Below are positions 8,746 through 19,612 of a DNA stretch of 33,238 nucleotides, piece by piece; positions within the stretch are counted from its first letter, which is position 1, and every line of letters begins with the position of its first letter. The notes below the pieces were generated by a model, which was not told the origin of the DNA, did not search any database, and was given only the letters and a program-made list of their open reading frames with translations. The stretch lies in sequence record DRR723986_4966; one strand, 5' to 3'. A program made the translations under genes and the position numbers.

Positions 8746-9399
8746 TTATCTCAAATCAATCACTTCTATTCCTGGATATTGTTTTGCATCAAAGACAAAA
8801 TAGGAGGAAGGTAGATTAGCATCTACTTTGAGGTTTTTGAAAGTATAGGAGAATACGCCTCCCTGGCCATCAAACATCTCCCAGCCTAGGAGATTTGAAG
8901 TGCTTTTATCGATCATCAGTTTGACCTGCTCGAAGGGTGCATTGTTTTTCTCTGCTAGCAATTCTACTATCTGAGCTGTTTTGCCTTGAAACTGCTTTTC
9001 GCTGAGCAGTTTGTAGCTATAGCCTGATTCGTAAATGCGATAAATGTTAGAAGGAGTAAGTTCTCCTTCCATCTGATCAGCATCGTTGATGGTTACTTCT
9101 TTATAATTATCAGATTGGATGTAAGTCCAAACTGTTTTGCCATCATTGTAAATTTCCTGGTCTGGGAGTTTGAGGCGATATTGCTCGCCTTTGACGGCAA
9201 TATCTCCTGACTGCCGATCTCCAGGTCCAGAGGCATCTTGGAAAGTGAAATCAAAATTTGCAGTAAACCCATTCATTGCCTGAAACTTTTGGCTCATCGC
9301 ATCTAAAACAACTTTTGCTTTAGGATCTTTTTGAGCGGTCGCTTCGAATGAGAATAGAATGGCTAGAAAAAGCGTATAAACTAGGGCGATTTTTTTCAT
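8746..9399 (-). CDS. lolA: outer-membrane lipoprotein carrier LolA family protein
   Basis: Signal peptide, IYNDGKTVWTY..EVTI, FVFD..YPG.EVIDLR; downstream of ftsK (conserved synteny). Confidence 0.85.
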   Translation of the reverse strand: MKKIALVYTLFLAILFSFEATAQKDPKAKVVLDAMSQKFQAMNGFTANFDFTFQDASGPGDRQSGDIAVKGEQYRLKLPDQEIYNDGKTVWTYIQSDNYKEVTINDADQMEGELTPSNIYRIYESGYSYKLLSEKQFQGKTAQIVELLAEKNNAPFEQVKLMIDKSTSNLLGWEMFDGQGGVFSYTFKNLKVDANLPSSYFVFDAKQYPGIEVIDLR

Positions 9400-9432
9400 G
9401 TAATGATGCTGTTGGTACTAATTGAACAGCTA

Positions 9433-11931
9433 TTACAAACTATTCAATAACCGTTCCAAACTAGCTTCATCCTGAATAAGCACCTCGCGTGCTTTTGAGC
9501 CTTCAAAAGCTCCCACGATTCCCGCAGCTTCCAGTTGATCGATAATTCGTCCCGCTCGGTTGTACCCTAGTTTGAGCTTGCGCTGAATCAGAGAAGTACT
9601 GCCTTGCTGATGCATCACGAGCAGTCTTGCAGCATCGTTGAAAAGTGGATCAAGATCTGAAAAATCAACATCTCCAACAGAATTATCCGAATCTTCCCCT
9701 TCAAATTCAGGAAGTAAATAAGCGTCAGAATAGCCTTTTTGCTCACCTATCCAATCACAAATCGAATCAACTTCAGGTGTATCCAAGAATGCACACTGGA
9801 TACGAGTCATCTCTGATCCATGGGATAAAAGCATATCTCCCATACCGATCAACTGATCTGCTCCACCTGCATCTAGGATAGTTCTACTATCGATTTTTGA
9901 AGTCACACGGAAGGAAAGACGTGCAGGGAAATTCGCTTTAATAATACCGGTGATCACGTTTACAGACGGTCTTTGTGTAGCGACTACTAAGTGAATACCA
10001 ATTGCTCGGGCCAATTGTGCCAGTCGTGCAATCGGACCTTCGATTTCCTTGCCAGCTGTCATCATCAAATCCGCTAACTCATCAATCACCAGAACTATGT
10101 AAGGCATAAAACGATGTCCTTTATCTGGATTTAGCTTACGAGCAACGAACTTAGCATTGTATTCCTTGAGATTCCTTGTGCCGGCATCTTTCAGAAGATT
10201 GTATCGATTATCCATTTCGATGCAAAGAGAATTCAGCGTATAAATCACCTTTTTGGTATCGGTAATGATAGCTTCTTCCGCACCTGGTAGTTTGGCAAGG
10301 AAATGTCTCTCGATCTTGTTGAAAAGGGTGAGTTCTACCTTCTTAGGATCCACAAGGACGAACTTCAATTGTGAAGGATGCTTCTTGTAAATCAGTGAAG
10401 CCAAGATCATGTTCAGACCTACCGATTTACCTTGACCGGTAGCACCAGCCATCAATAGGTGCGGCATTTTTGCCAAATCGACTACAAAAACTTCATTGGA
10501 AATAGTTTTGCCTAGCGCGATCGGAAGGTCCTTGTCTGAGCGCATGAATTTCTCCGTGCCCAAAACAGCCCGAGCTGGGACAAGCTCTCTGTTTTTGTTT
10601 GGAACTTCTATACCAATTGTGCCTTTTCCAGGAATTGGGGCAATAATTCTAATTCCCAAAGCCGCTAAACTCAGGGCAATATCATCTTCCAAATTCTTGA
10701 TTTTGGAGATTTTTACTCCAGGCTCCGGGACGATTTCATAAAGCGTTACCGTAGGTCCTATAGTCGCTTTAATCTCCTGAATACCGATTTTGAAATTCTC
10801 AAGTGTTTCTACAATCTTGTTTTTGTTGTCTTCAAGTTCCTGTCGGCTTACGGTTACTTTTTGAACATCATATTCATTGAGTAAGTCTAGCGTAGGATAT
10901 TTGTAATGGGGAAGATCAAGCGTAGGATCGTAAGCATCAAGATTCTCGACTTCTTCGGCTGTTTTCTCCTCTCCCGCCGGCTTCACTACAGAGAAGCTTT
11001 TCTCCTCAATTTTAGGCTCATCTTCACGCTCTACGATTGGATCGAGAATGTTTAATTGAGGCACATCAAATGCTATTTCCTCCTTCTTTGGCTTAGGTAG
11101 TGATTCAGGGGTTAGTGCTATAGGGGAACTTGCTTCTTCATCTTCCTCTTGTCCTTTGATGGTCCAAGAACTACCGTCATCATCGATTTCTTCTTCCTCT
11201 TCCAAATCTTCTTTAAACGGGTTTTTTACTGAAGCAGCAGATTCTATTTCTAATTCATCTTCATCCAATTCGGCATCTGAGCTTTTGCTGCTAAACCAGT
11301 CTAATTTGTCAATATCAAAGAAGAAAATCACAAAAATGAGCATGGATCCTCCCAGCAAAATAAAGGTTCCCCAGCTCAGAAAATCAGCGGAAAGCTTTGC
11401 TAATTCATAGCCAAAACCACCGGAAAGGAAGCTCCAATAAGAATAGCCTTGAATCAAAATGACTACATAACCAGTCAATAAACCTAGCCAGAATGTGAAA
11501 AAAAGCGCGAATGTGGTGTATCTAGTGAGAGAAACCAATGAGATTTTGAAAGCCCATTTGAATCCGAGTAAAAACAAAAATGGAGGGAATAGAAAAGCCG
11601 CAATCCCAAACCAGCGATAGATCATCCAGTTGCCAGCTTGGGCACCGAGGTAGCCGAGCCAATTAGTAGATTCTCGGGCTGTATCTCGAATCGCCTCGTC
11701 GGGGTTATTCATGACTAGACTTTGATCTGCAGGGCCATTCAGGAGGTAACTGATAAATGCGATAAACAGGAAAATAGCCGTAGACATCAGCAAAATTCCC
11801 AGCGTCAAGCTGATCTTGGCTGTTTTTATCTTACCAAAGGAAAAGCTCGGTGCCTTAAAGCCTGCGCCTTTCTTTTTGGTGGGTTCTCCTTTTTTTCTAA
11901 AAGTATTGGTCCTAGGTGAATTGGTGGCCAT
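9433..11931 (-). CDS. ftsK: DNA translocase FtsK
   Basis: N-terminal TM region, PHLLMAGATGQGKS, IDELADLM, ATQRPS, gamma domain QRKLKLGYNRAGRI. Confidence 0.97.
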   Translation of the reverse strand: MATNSPRTNTFRKKGEPTKKKGAGFKAPSFSFGKIKTAKISLTLGILLMSTAIFLFIAFISYLLNGPADQSLVMNNPDEAIRDTARESTNWLGYLGAQAGNWMIYRWFGIAAFLFPPFLFLLGFKWAFKISLVSLTRYTTFALFFTFWLGLLTGYVVILIQGYSYWSFLSGGFGYELAKLSADFLSWGTFILLGGSMLIFVIFFFDIDKLDWFSSKSSDAELDEDELEIESAASVKNPFKEDLEEEEEIDDDGSSWTIKGQEEDEEASSPIALTPESLPKPKKEEIAFDVPQLNILDPIVEREDEPKIEEKSFSVVKPAGEEKTAEEVENLDAYDPTLDLPHYKYPTLDLLNEYDVQKVTVSRQELEDNKNKIVETLENFKIGIQEIKATIGPTVTLYEIVPEPGVKISKIKNLEDDIALSLAALGIRIIAPIPGKGTIGIEVPNKNRELVPARAVLGTEKFMRSDKDLPIALGKTISNEVFVVDLAKMPHLLMAGATGQGKSVGLNMILASLIYKKHPSQLKFVLVDPKKVELTLFNKIERHFLAKLPGAEEAIITDTKKVIYTLNSLCIEMDNRYNLLKDAGTRNLKEYNAKFVARKLNPDKGHRFMPYIVLVIDELADLMMTAGKEIEGPIARLAQLARAIGIHLVVATQRPSVNVITGIIKANFPARLSFRVTSKIDSRTILDAGGADQLIGMGDMLLSHGSEMTRIQCAFLDTPEVDSICDWIGEQKGYSDAYLLPEFEGEDSDNSVGDVDFSDLDPLFNDAARLLVMHQQGSTSLIQRKLKLGYNRAGRIIDQLEAAGIVGAFEGSKAREVLIQDEASLERLLNSL

Positions 11932-11984
11932 GTATTCGATTCAAATCCGATTTAAGTTAAGATTAATGAATTTAGATTGACAAA

Positions 11985-13025
11985 TTACTGTGAAAAATAA
12001 GCCAACAATCCTTTTTTAATCTTTTTGATCAAGGCAGGTCCCTCATAAATCATGCCCGAGTACACTTGAATCAAGCTAGCTCCAGCCTCTAGTTTTTCAA
12101 TTGCATCCTCGGCTGTAAAGATTCCTCCCACTCCAATGATAGGGAAGGCCTTATTTGACTTTTCAGAAAGATATCGGATGACTTCAGTACTTCTTTTGCC
12201 TAGCACTTTTCCGCTTACCCCTCCAGCACCAATGGCTTGTACTTCAGCCTCGGAAGTGCTCAGTTGCGAACGATCGATGGTTGTGTTGGTCGCTATTACC
12301 CCATCAATTTTTGTTTCTTTCACGATTTCAATGATATCGTCCAATTGTCCGTCCGTAAGGTCTGGAGCAATTTTAAGAAGAATTGGTTTGGGCTTTGTCT
12401 TGAGGTCATTCGCATTTTTTACGGCCTGAAGCAAGGCTTTAAGCGGTTCTTTTTCCTGCAAATCTCGAAGATTTGGCGTGTTTGGAGAACTCACATTCAC
12501 GACGAAATAATCCACGTGATCATGCAGTGCTTCCAGACAAATCAAATAATCGTCAATAGCATTTTCATTCGGTGTGACTTTGTTTTTACCGATATTCCCA
12601 CCTACAAGAACATTAGATTTGCGTTTTTTCAATCGTTCCACCGCTTCGAAAACGCCTCCATTATTGAAACCCATTCGATTGATCAGTGATTCGTCTTGGG
12701 GAAGTCTAAAAAGCCTGGGTTGTGGGTTTCCTTCTTGAGGTTTTGGAGTCAAGGTTCCTATTTCAATAAAACCAAAACCGAGCATGGCCATTTCATCGAT
12801 GACTTTCGCATCCTTGTCAAATCCTGCCGCCAAGCCTACGGGATTCTTAAATTTCAATCCAAATACTTCCCGCTCAAGTTTTTTGTCCTCTAATCTAAAA
12901 GTGGATTCTACGATCGACCCAATAATAGGAAGATTGAAGCCGAACCGAGTCAGATCTACAGTAAAGTGATGAGCAGCTTCTGGTTTTTTTAAGAAAAAAA
13001 GTGGTTTGAGTAGGGATTTATACAC
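11985..13025 (-). CDS. pyrD: quinone-dependent dihydroorotate dehydrogenase
   Basis: [43 protein letters not shown] start. Confidence 0.97.
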   Translation of the reverse strand: MYKSLLKPLFFLKKPEAAHHFTVDLTRFGFNLPIIGSIVESTFRLEDKKLEREVFGLKFKNPVGLAAGFDKDAKVIDEMAMLGFGFIEIGTLTPKPQEGNPQPRLFRLPQDESLINRMGFNNGGVFEAVERLKKRKSNVLVGGNIGKNKVTPNENAIDDYLICLEALHDHVDYFVVNVSSPNTPNLRDLQEKEPLKALLQAVKNANDLKTKPKPILLKIAPDLTDGQLDDIIEIVKETKIDGVIATNTTIDRSQLSTSEAEVQAIGAGGVSGKVLGKRSTEVIRYLSEKSNKAFPIIGVGGIFTAEDAIEKLEAGASLIQVYSGMIYEGPALIKKIKKGLLAYFSQ

Positions 13026-13050
13026 GGGATATCAATTAGCGTTCGTGTGG

Positions 13051-13058
13051 CAAAGATA
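13051..13058 (-). promoter_or_regulatory. -7 promoter element of pyrD
   Basis: TATCTTTG followed by C, 25 nt upstream of the GTG. Confidence 0.65.
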
Positions 13059-13196
13059 TCGTTTTATAAAATTTGACGATTGGAAAAATGAAATCAATTT
13101 ATTTTCGCTGATACGTTTGGGGGTATTGAGGAGTTTAGTTTTGACTTTGATCGTTTGAGTCACATAAGCGGTGTCAAAGGGTATCTTATTTTGCAA

Positions 13197-13284
13197 AGGG
13201 CTGAAAGCCCTAACTATCTAAACCCAGCTCGATGGGGCTGGACAATTAAAAATATTAATAGATAAGCCCTGAAAGAGTGAAATA
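13197..13284 (+). repeat. REP-like palindromic cluster
   Basis: AGGGC-TGAAA-GCCCT hairpin, CCAGCTC-GATG-GGGCTGG hairpin and a second AGCCCTGAAAG unit in AT-rich intergenic DNA. Confidence 0.55.
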
Positions 13285-13324
13285 CATTTTTTTGATTGCC
13301 TTAATAACTCTGTTTTCCCTATAT

Positions 13325-13360
13325 CAAAAAAGGCTACTGGATTTCTCCAATAGCCTTTTG
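13325..13360 (-). terminator. intrinsic terminator of the M28 peptidase gene (bidirectional-looking)
   Basis: AAAAAAGGCTACTGG-ATTTCT-CCAATAGCCTTTT. Confidence 0.8.
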
Positions 13361-13380
13361 AGTACTAAGAGCTTAAATAA

Positions 13381-14877
13381 TTATCTCTCAGTTCTAGTAT
13401 TTGTGCCATCAACTCTTGGCTTATTTTCTCTGTTGGCAACGTCCCAAACTGTGTGGAAAATCAATCTAGCTCTCTTTTCCATTAGAGGGAATTCAATTTT
13501 GTCCACCGTATCCGTTACTTGGTGATAATCGTCGTGAACTCCGTTGAAGAAGAATGCTACTGGGATGTTATGCTTTGCAAAATTGTAATGATCTGATCTG
13601 TAGTAGAATCTGTTTGGATCATCTTCGGCATCGTATCTATAATCCAAGATCAAGTCAGAGTAAGTGATGTTGTTGTATTCCAAGATTTTTTTCAAATCTG
13701 TAGAAAGCATTTCAGAGCCAATCACATAGACGAAATCAGTGTTTTCAGCATCTTGATATTCGTAATCAATACGACCTACCATGTCAATGTTGAAATTTAC
13801 TACTGTGTTTTCCAAAGGGAATATTGGGTGCTCAGAGTAATACTCAGACCCTAAAAGGCCTTTCTCTTCACCAGTTACGTTTAGAAAAAGGATTGATCTT
13901 CTTGGCTTGATGCCGTCTTTTGCTGCTGCAGCGAAAGCTTCAGCGATTTCAGTTACAGATACTGTTCCTGATCCGTCATCATCTGCGCCGTTAAACACTT
14001 CACCGGTACTGCTGACACCTACGTGATCGTAGTGGGAAGAAATAACAACTAGCTCATCTTTCTTATCAGTTCCTTCTAGGTAGCCCATTACGTTAGAGCT
14101 TTCCACTTCTTCTACTTTCTTTTCGATTTGGTAAGTAGCTTTTTGAGATTTGATTGACTCAGGATTTGATTTTGCTGCTTCTTTTAGATCCTCAACAGGA
14201 GTATCGAAAAGCTCAGCCATTTTATCAGAGCTTACCATGAATACAGGCTTTTGCTCTACAGGTTTCGCAAATCCAACCCTTCCTTTTCCAGCTAAGCTTT
14301 GATAACGTCCTGCAATACGGTCAAAATTTGCCTGACCTTCCATGCTTACGATCACGATACCAGCTGCTCCGGCGTCCATTACTTTGGTCAAAAGATCGTT
14401 TGATCTGACGCCTACAGCCCAGATGCCGACTAGTTTGCCTTTTACATCAACTTTAGCCAAGTTTTCATCTGAAACTAATCCTAGGAATACAAGATCAGTT
14501 TTGGTGGCTTTTTTCATGTCGCCATCGCCGATGAAAACAAAGTCTTCATTATTGACAAGCTTGTTTTTGCCTACTTTCAAAGAAACATCACCGAAAGATG
14601 AGCTTACGAGTTCTACTGCCTGTAGGTAGCTACCTGCTACTGGGCCAGTCAAACCGATTTTTTTGTAGAAATCAGCTAAATAATTAGCAGCAACTTTTTG
14701 TTCTTCAGAGCCAGTATCTCTGCCTTTCATTTCGTCAGAAGCAAGATAAGTAAGGCGCTCTTTAAGATCTCCGGCGGTAATTGTGTTGGCGTATTTCACC
14801 TGTGCAGGTTGCTGCGCCAACGACGGAAGTGCAAGCCCTAGAGCTATTGCGCCCGTCAATAACAGACTTTTATTCAT
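13381..14877 (-). CDS. secreted M28 family metallopeptidase with PA-like insert
   Basis: SSHYDH, GADDDGSG, GEEKGLLGS, NIDM, RSDH, DYH; ATG 14877 gives a signal peptide. Confidence 0.93.
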   Translation of the reverse strand: MNKSLLLTGAIALGLALPSLAQQPAQVKYANTITAGDLKERLTYLASDEMKGRDTGSEEQKVAANYLADFYKKIGLTGPVAGSYLQAVELVSSSFGDVSLKVGKNKLVNNEDFVFIGDGDMKKATKTDLVFLGLVSDENLAKVDVKGKLVGIWAVGVRSNDLLTKVMDAGAAGIVIVSMEGQANFDRIAGRYQSLAGKGRVGFAKPVEQKPVFMVSSDKMAELFDTPVEDLKEAAKSNPESIKSQKATYQIEKKVEEVESSNVMGYLEGTDKKDELVVISSHYDHVGVSSTGEVFNGADDDGSGTVSVTEIAEAFAAAAKDGIKPRRSILFLNVTGEEKGLLGSEYYSEHPIFPLENTVVNFNIDMVGRIDYEYQDAENTDFVYVIGSEMLSTDLKKILEYNNITYSDLILDYRYDAEDDPNRFYYRSDHYNFAKHNIPVAFFFNGVHDDYHQVTDTVDKIEFPLMEKRARLIFHTVWDVANRENKPRVDGTNTRTER

Positions 14878-15004
14878 GTGTTTATAATTTGGATTTTTAA
14901 AGAATCTGGAACCTCGCATGTTTTATGGTAGTATTAGTTTTTAACCAGTAGATCATGCTCGAATTCATAAGTATTAGTTTGATTTCTGACTAAAATTTCC
15001 CTGA

Positions 15005-15032
15005 ATTCACTCAAATAGAACCTTGAGTGAAT
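15005..15032. repeat. perfect 10-bp inverted repeat, 8-nt spacer
   Basis: ATTCACTCAA-ATAGAACC-TTGAGTGAAT in the divergent M28/gcvP intergenic region. Confidence 0.7.
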
Positions 15033-15171
15033 AGAGTTCTGATTTCAATCAATTAGCATTTCATGCGCTAAACTAGAGAAATTTTCTACCCTTCAATAAA
15101 CCGTTTATAAATTTTGATCGAACAAAAGGGAAATAATGCGGTTCATGAAAGCATTATCTTTCAATAAATTG

Positions 15172-15179
15172 TACCTTTG
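15172..15179 (+). promoter_or_regulatory. -7 promoter element of gcvP
   Basis: TACCTTTG followed by C, 58 nt before the ATG. Confidence 0.7.
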
Positions 15180-15237
15180 CGCCTTGAAAATTCAGCAGAT
15201 TTCAAACCCAAATAGTTCATCGTCTTAACGTTCTTAT

Positions 15238-18126
15238 ATGAAGATCAATCTTTCTAATGCTGTCAAATTTGAGAGCAGACACAATGGCCCGACAGATTCA
15301 GAAATCTCAGCAATGCTGGAGAAAATCGGTGCCTCATCTTTAGAGGAATTAATCAACCAAACTGTACCAAAATCTATACAATTGGATCGCCCATTGGATC
15401 TTCCGGCGGCGAAGTTAGAGTCGGAGTTTTTGAAGGATTTCAAAAAACTGGCTTCCAAAAATAAGGTATTCAAATCATTCATTGGGCTTGGATACTATGA
15501 CACATTAGTTCCAGGTGTGATTTTAAGAAATGTGCTTGAGAATCCAGGATGGTACACTGCTTACACCCCTTATCAGGCAGAAATCGCTCAAGGTAGATTG
15601 GAAGCCTTGATCAATTTCCAAACTGTTGTGATGGAATTGACAGGAATGGAGCTTGCAAATGCCTCTCTTCTGGACGAAGGAACAGCTGCAGCTGAAGCGA
15701 TGAATATGCTTTTTGCGGTGAAACCAAGAGAGAAAAAGAACGCAACCAAATTCTTTGTAGACGAAAAAGTATTCCCTCAGACCAAGGCTGTACTTGAAAC
15801 TAGAGCCGAGCCGGTTGGAATTGAATTGGTTTTTGGGTCTATTGATTCGTTGGACCTGACGGACGAGAATCTTTATGGAGTATTATTCCAATATCCAGAT
15901 GCTGACGGTGAAGCGCGTGATTACTCAGCCATCGTTGCTGCTGCAAAAGAAAACAATGTAACCACAGCATTTGCTGCTGATCTTTTGGCATTGACACTTC
16001 TGACAGCTCCAGGTGAAATGGGGGCAGATGTAGTGGTGGGATCTTCGCAGAGATTTGGTGTTCCTATGGGCTATGGTGGGCCACATGCAGGTTTCTTCGC
16101 TACGAAAGAAGCTTACAAGCGTCAGATTCCGGGAAGAATTATTGGTGTTTCTCAGGATCGTGAAGGAAACAAAGCGTACAGAATGGCTTTGCAGACTCGT
16201 GAGCAACATATCAAAAGAGAAAAAGCAACTTCTAATATTTGTACTGCACAGGTTCTTCTAGCTGTAATGGCTAGTTTTTATGCAGTTTATCACGGCCCAA
16301 AAGGTCTGAAAAACATTGCGCTAAGAACGCATGGACTGGCTAAATTAACGGCAAAGGCTCTTGAACAATTAGGTTACGAAGTGCCTTCCAAGAATTACTT
16401 CGATACTATCAAAGTAAAAATCGAGTCTAAGTCGCTTAATGCAATCCAGTCATTGGCACTTTCTGCGGAAATGAATTTCCGTTACGATTACGATACGGTA
16501 TTCTTGACTTTTGATGAAGCTAAGACATTAGAGGATATCACGTCGGTTGTTGAAGTTTTTGCGAAAGCAAAGGGAGTAGACGCTCCAGATCTTGCTGCTT
16601 TGGCTTCTGAGATCGAATTGGATCTTCCGGAAGAATTGGTAAGAACATCTGAATATTTGACTCACCCGGTTTTCAACGAGTACCAAAGTGAGCACGAGAT
16701 GCTTCGCTATATCAAAAGGCTTGAGAACAAGGATTTGTCATTGGTTCACTCTATGATTTCTTTGGGGTCATGTACGATGAAGCTTAATGCTACTGCGGAG
16801 ATGATCCCGGTGACTTGGCCTGAGTTCGGGCAGATGCACCCATTTGCACCAACCGATCAGACTGCAGGATACCAAGAGCTTTTTGCAAATTTGAGACATT
16901 GGTTGAATGAAATCACAGGTTTTGCAGATACTTCCCTACAGCCAAATTCTGGTGCACAAGGTGAGTTTGCTGGATTGATGGTCATTCGTGCTTATCACCA
17001 AAGCCGAGGAGATCACCACAGAAATGTAGCCTTGATCCCAACTTCTGCGCATGGCACCAACCCTGCTTCCGCTGTTATGGCTGGAATGAAAGTGGTTTTG
17101 GTAAAATGTGATGAAAAAGGAAATATTGATATCGAGGATTTAAGAGCGAAGGCGGAAGCAAATGCTAATGAGCTTTCTTCGCTTTTAGTAACTTATCCTT
17201 CTACACACGGTGTATTCGAAGTAGCCATTCAGGAAATCTGCCAGATTATTCACGACAATGGTGGGCAGGTTTACATGGATGGAGCTAATATGAATGCACA
17301 GGTTGGATTGACTAGCCCGGGCAGAATTGGGGCTGACGTTTGTCACTTGAATCTTCACAAGACTTTCTGTATCCCTCACGGTGGTGGCGGACCTGGTATG
17401 GGCCCAATTTGCGTAGCAAGTCATTTGGCGCCATTCCTTCCTGGCAACCCAGTAGTGAAAGCAGGCGGAGAGCAGGCGGTTTCTTCTATCTCAGCAGCAC
17501 CTTATGGTAGTGCGAGCATTTTACCAATCTCTTACGCTTACATTGCTATGATGGGTGGTGATGGATTGAAGAATGCTACGAAAATGGCAATCTTAAATGC
17601 TAACTACATCAAAGAAAGATTAAAAGATCATTTCCCTATTCTTTACACAGGTACGCAAGGAAGAGCTGCTCACGAAATGATCGTGGATTGCAGAGGTTTC
17701 AAGGAAGTGGGTGTGGAAGTAGAAGATATCGCGAAACGATTGATGGATTATGGCTACCATGCGCCTACAGTTTCCTTCCCGGTTGCTGGTACGTTGATGA
17801 TCGAGCCAACTGAGTCGGAGACTAAGGCTGAGCTGGATAAGTTCTGTGATGCCTTGCTTTCTATCCGTGCGGAGATCCAAGAGATCGAAGATGGAAAAGC
17901 TGATAAAGTAGAGAACGTGTTGAAAAATGCGCCGCATACAGCTATGATGGTGCTTTCAGATGATTGGAACTTGCCATATTCTAGAGAGAAAGCAGTTTAT
18001 CCACTTGAATACGTGAAAGGAAATAAATTCTGGCCAAGTGTACGCAGAATTGATTCTGCTTTCGGTGACAGAAACTTGATCTGTAGCTGTATTCCCGTGG
18101 AGGATTATGCAAGCGAAGAAGCTTAA
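15238..18126 (+). CDS. gcvP: glycine dehydrogenase (decarboxylating), P protein
   Basis: [37 protein letters not shown] motif [18 protein letters not shown]. Confidence 0.98.
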   Translation: MKINLSNAVKFESRHNGPTDSEISAMLEKIGASSLEELINQTVPKSIQLDRPLDLPAAKLESEFLKDFKKLASKNKVFKSFIGLGYYDTLVPGVILRNVLENPGWYTAYTPYQAEIAQGRLEALINFQTVVMELTGMELANASLLDEGTAAAEAMNMLFAVKPREKKNATKFFVDEKVFPQTKAVLETRAEPVGIELVFGSIDSLDLTDENLYGVLFQYPDADGEARDYSAIVAAAKENNVTTAFAADLLALTLLTAPGEMGADVVVGSSQRFGVPMGYGGPHAGFFATKEAYKRQIPGRIIGVSQDREGNKAYRMALQTREQHIKREKATSNICTAQVLLAVMASFYAVYHGPKGLKNIALRTHGLAKLTAKALEQLGYEVPSKNYFDTIKVKIESKSLNAIQSLALSAEMNFRYDYDTVFLTFDEAKTLEDITSVVEVFAKAKGVDAPDLAALASEIELDLPEELVRTSEYLTHPVFNEYQSEHEMLRYIKRLENKDLSLVHSMISLGSCTMKLNATAEMIPVTWPEFGQMHPFAPTDQTAGYQELFANLRHWLNEITGFADTSLQPNSGAQGEFAGLMVIRAYHQSRGDHHRNVALIPTSAHGTNPASAVMAGMKVVLVKCDEKGNIDIEDLRAKAEANANELSSLLVTYPSTHGVFEVAIQEICQIIHDNGGQVYMDGANMNAQVGLTSPGRIGADVCHLNLHKTFCIPHGGGGPGMGPICVASHLAPFLPGNPVVKAGGEQAVSSISAAPYGSASILPISYAYIAMMGGDGLKNATKMAILNANYIKERLKDHFPILYTGTQGRAAHEMIVDCRGFKEVGVEVEDIAKRLMDYGYHAPTVSFPVAGTLMIEPTESETKAELDKFCDALLSIRAEIQEIEDGKADKVENVLKNAPHTAMMVLSDDWNLPYSREKAVYPLEYVKGNKFWPSVRRIDSAFGDRNLICSCIPVEDYASEEA

Positions 18127-18148
18127 TTGGTTTCGCAATATATAAGTT

Positions 18149-18175
18149 AAGGGCTGCCATTCGGTAGCCCTTTTT
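18149..18175 (+). terminator. intrinsic terminator of gcvP
   Basis: AAGGGCTGCC-ATTC-GGTAGCCCTTTTT. Confidence 0.85.
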
Positions 18176-18178
18176 CCG

Positions 18179-18218
18179 TTTTAACCGCTGAGTGCAAAAA
18201 GTTTTTGCAGAGGTCACA
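18179..18218 (+). repeat. degenerate dispersed element, copy 1
   Basis: TTTTAACCGCTGAGTGCAAAAAGTTTTTGCAGAGGTCACA resembles 30003-30045 on the minus strand. Confidence 0.5.
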
Positions 18219-18277
18219 GAAGTCATAAACTCTAGATGCAGTTGGTTGAAGTTTTCAGACTTGGACCATTTAAATTA

Positions 18278-18577
18278 TTATCCTAAATGATTCTCATTCT
18301 CTTTTGAAAGTTGGATTTCCAAACCCCCTAATTTCGATGCTACAAAATTATAAATCACTGCTCCTAATGCTCCAACTATAAAGCCAATGACTCCATACAT
18401 AATAGGAAAGACAATTACCATTATGAGCCCAAGGCCTCCCATTCCTTCTCCAAGCAATCCTGAAAAAGCAGTAAAGAATAAAGCATAAAAAATACCGATC
18501 ACAAAGCCAAGGATGCCAAGTGTCAAGCCATAGATTTTAGCAGCGGAGGAAACTCCGATTTTTTCAATTTGTACCAT
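18278..18577 (-). CDS. small two-TM membrane protein, DUF3566-like
   Basis: IEKIGVSSAAK...two hydrophobic helices...YNFVASKLGGLEI pattern. Confidence 0.7.
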   Translation of the reverse strand: MVQIEKIGVSSAAKIYGLTLGILGFVIGIFYALFFTAFSGLLGEGMGGLGLIMVIVFPIMYGVIGFIVGALGAVIYNFVASKLGGLEIQLSKENENHLG

Positions 18578-18633
18578 TTAGTTAAAAGTTTAGTGTAAAA
18601 TATATTTTTTGAAAATATTAAAAAATTAGGCAT

Positions 18634-18661
18634 AAAAAAAGCACACCCGAAAGTGTGCTTT
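18634..18661 (-). terminator. intrinsic terminator of lipA
   Basis: AAAAAAAGCACAC-CCGAAA-GTGTGCTTT. Confidence 0.8.
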
Positions 18662-18679
18662 AAAAATCATTTAGAAGGT

Positions 18680-19558
18680 TTAGACGTTCACGTGGCGCTC
18701 AGCATGGTAAGATGACCTCACCAAAGGTCCTGACTCCACGTACTTCAATCCTCTCGCCAAACCCTCTTCTCTATATTCTGCAAAAAGATCCGGATGTATA
18801 AATTCAGCTACCTCAATGTGCATTTTGGTAGGCTGAAGGTATTGTCCTAAAGTGAGGATATCACAACCGTGCTCTGCTAGATCATCCATTGCTTTGAAAA
18901 CCTCTTCTTTTTTCTCACCTAATCCTAGCATGATGCCGGTTTTGGTTCTTTTGCCGTACTCTTTGGTTAATTTGGTCTGCTCTAGAGACCGTGCATATTT
19001 TGCCTGCGGACGAACTCTTCTATAAAGACTTTCCACAGTTTCCATATTATGAGAAACTACTTCTTGGCCTCCTGAAATCATTCTATATAAAGCATCCCAG
19101 TTTGATTTAACATCTGGAATAAGAGTCTCAATTGTTGTTGCTGGTGACAGTTCCTTGGTCTGTATCACGGTTTGATACCAGATTTCGGCACCTTTATCTT
19201 TCAATTCATCTCTATTTACAGAGGTCAAAACGGCATGTTTTACGCCCATGAGCTTGATTGCTTCTGCTACTCTTCTCGGCTCATCCACATCATATTCAGG
19301 CGGTCGGCCAGTAGCTACAGCGCAAAAGGAGCATGAACGTGTACATACATTTCCCAAAATCATAAAGGTAGCCGTTCCGGCTCCCCAGCATTCACCCATG
19401 TTTGGGCAATTGCCGCTTTCGCAGATCGTATGAAGCTTGTGCTCATCTACTAGTTTGCGGACTTTGGCGTATTCTTTTCCTACAGGAAGTTTCACTCTAA
19501 GCCAATCTGGCTTTTTTCTTCGGGTAGCTTCTTCGGAAATTACAGGTAATTCGATCAT
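18680..19558 (-). CDS. lipA: lipoyl synthase
   Basis: [12 protein letters not shown] (CX4CX5C), CTRSCSFC radical-SAM motif, RSSYHA. Confidence 0.98.
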   Translation of the reverse strand: MIELPVISEEATRRKKPDWLRVKLPVGKEYAKVRKLVDEHKLHTICESGNCPNMGECWGAGTATFMILGNVCTRSCSFCAVATGRPPEYDVDEPRRVAEAIKLMGVKHAVLTSVNRDELKDKGAEIWYQTVIQTKELSPATTIETLIPDVKSNWDALYRMISGGQEVVSHNMETVESLYRRVRPQAKYARSLEQTKLTKEYGKRTKTGIMLGLGEKKEEVFKAMDDLAEHGCDILTLGQYLQPTKMHIEVAEFIHPDLFAEYREEGLARGLKYVESGPLVRSSYHAERHVNV

Positions 19559-19575
19559 TGATTTCTGATTTGGTG

Positions 19576-19583
19576 CAAAGGTA
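19576..19583 (-). promoter_or_regulatory. -7 promoter element of lipA
   Basis: TACCTTTG followed by C, 17 nt upstream of the ATG. Confidence 0.7.
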
Positions 19584-19612
19584 AGTCAGCAAAGGGCAAA
19601 ACCCAAGTTGAC

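Noticed and set aside
14920-15237. Glycine riboswitch upstream of gcvP
   Set aside because: No GGAGA...CCGAAG aptamer pattern, and the predicted leader is only about 50 nt.
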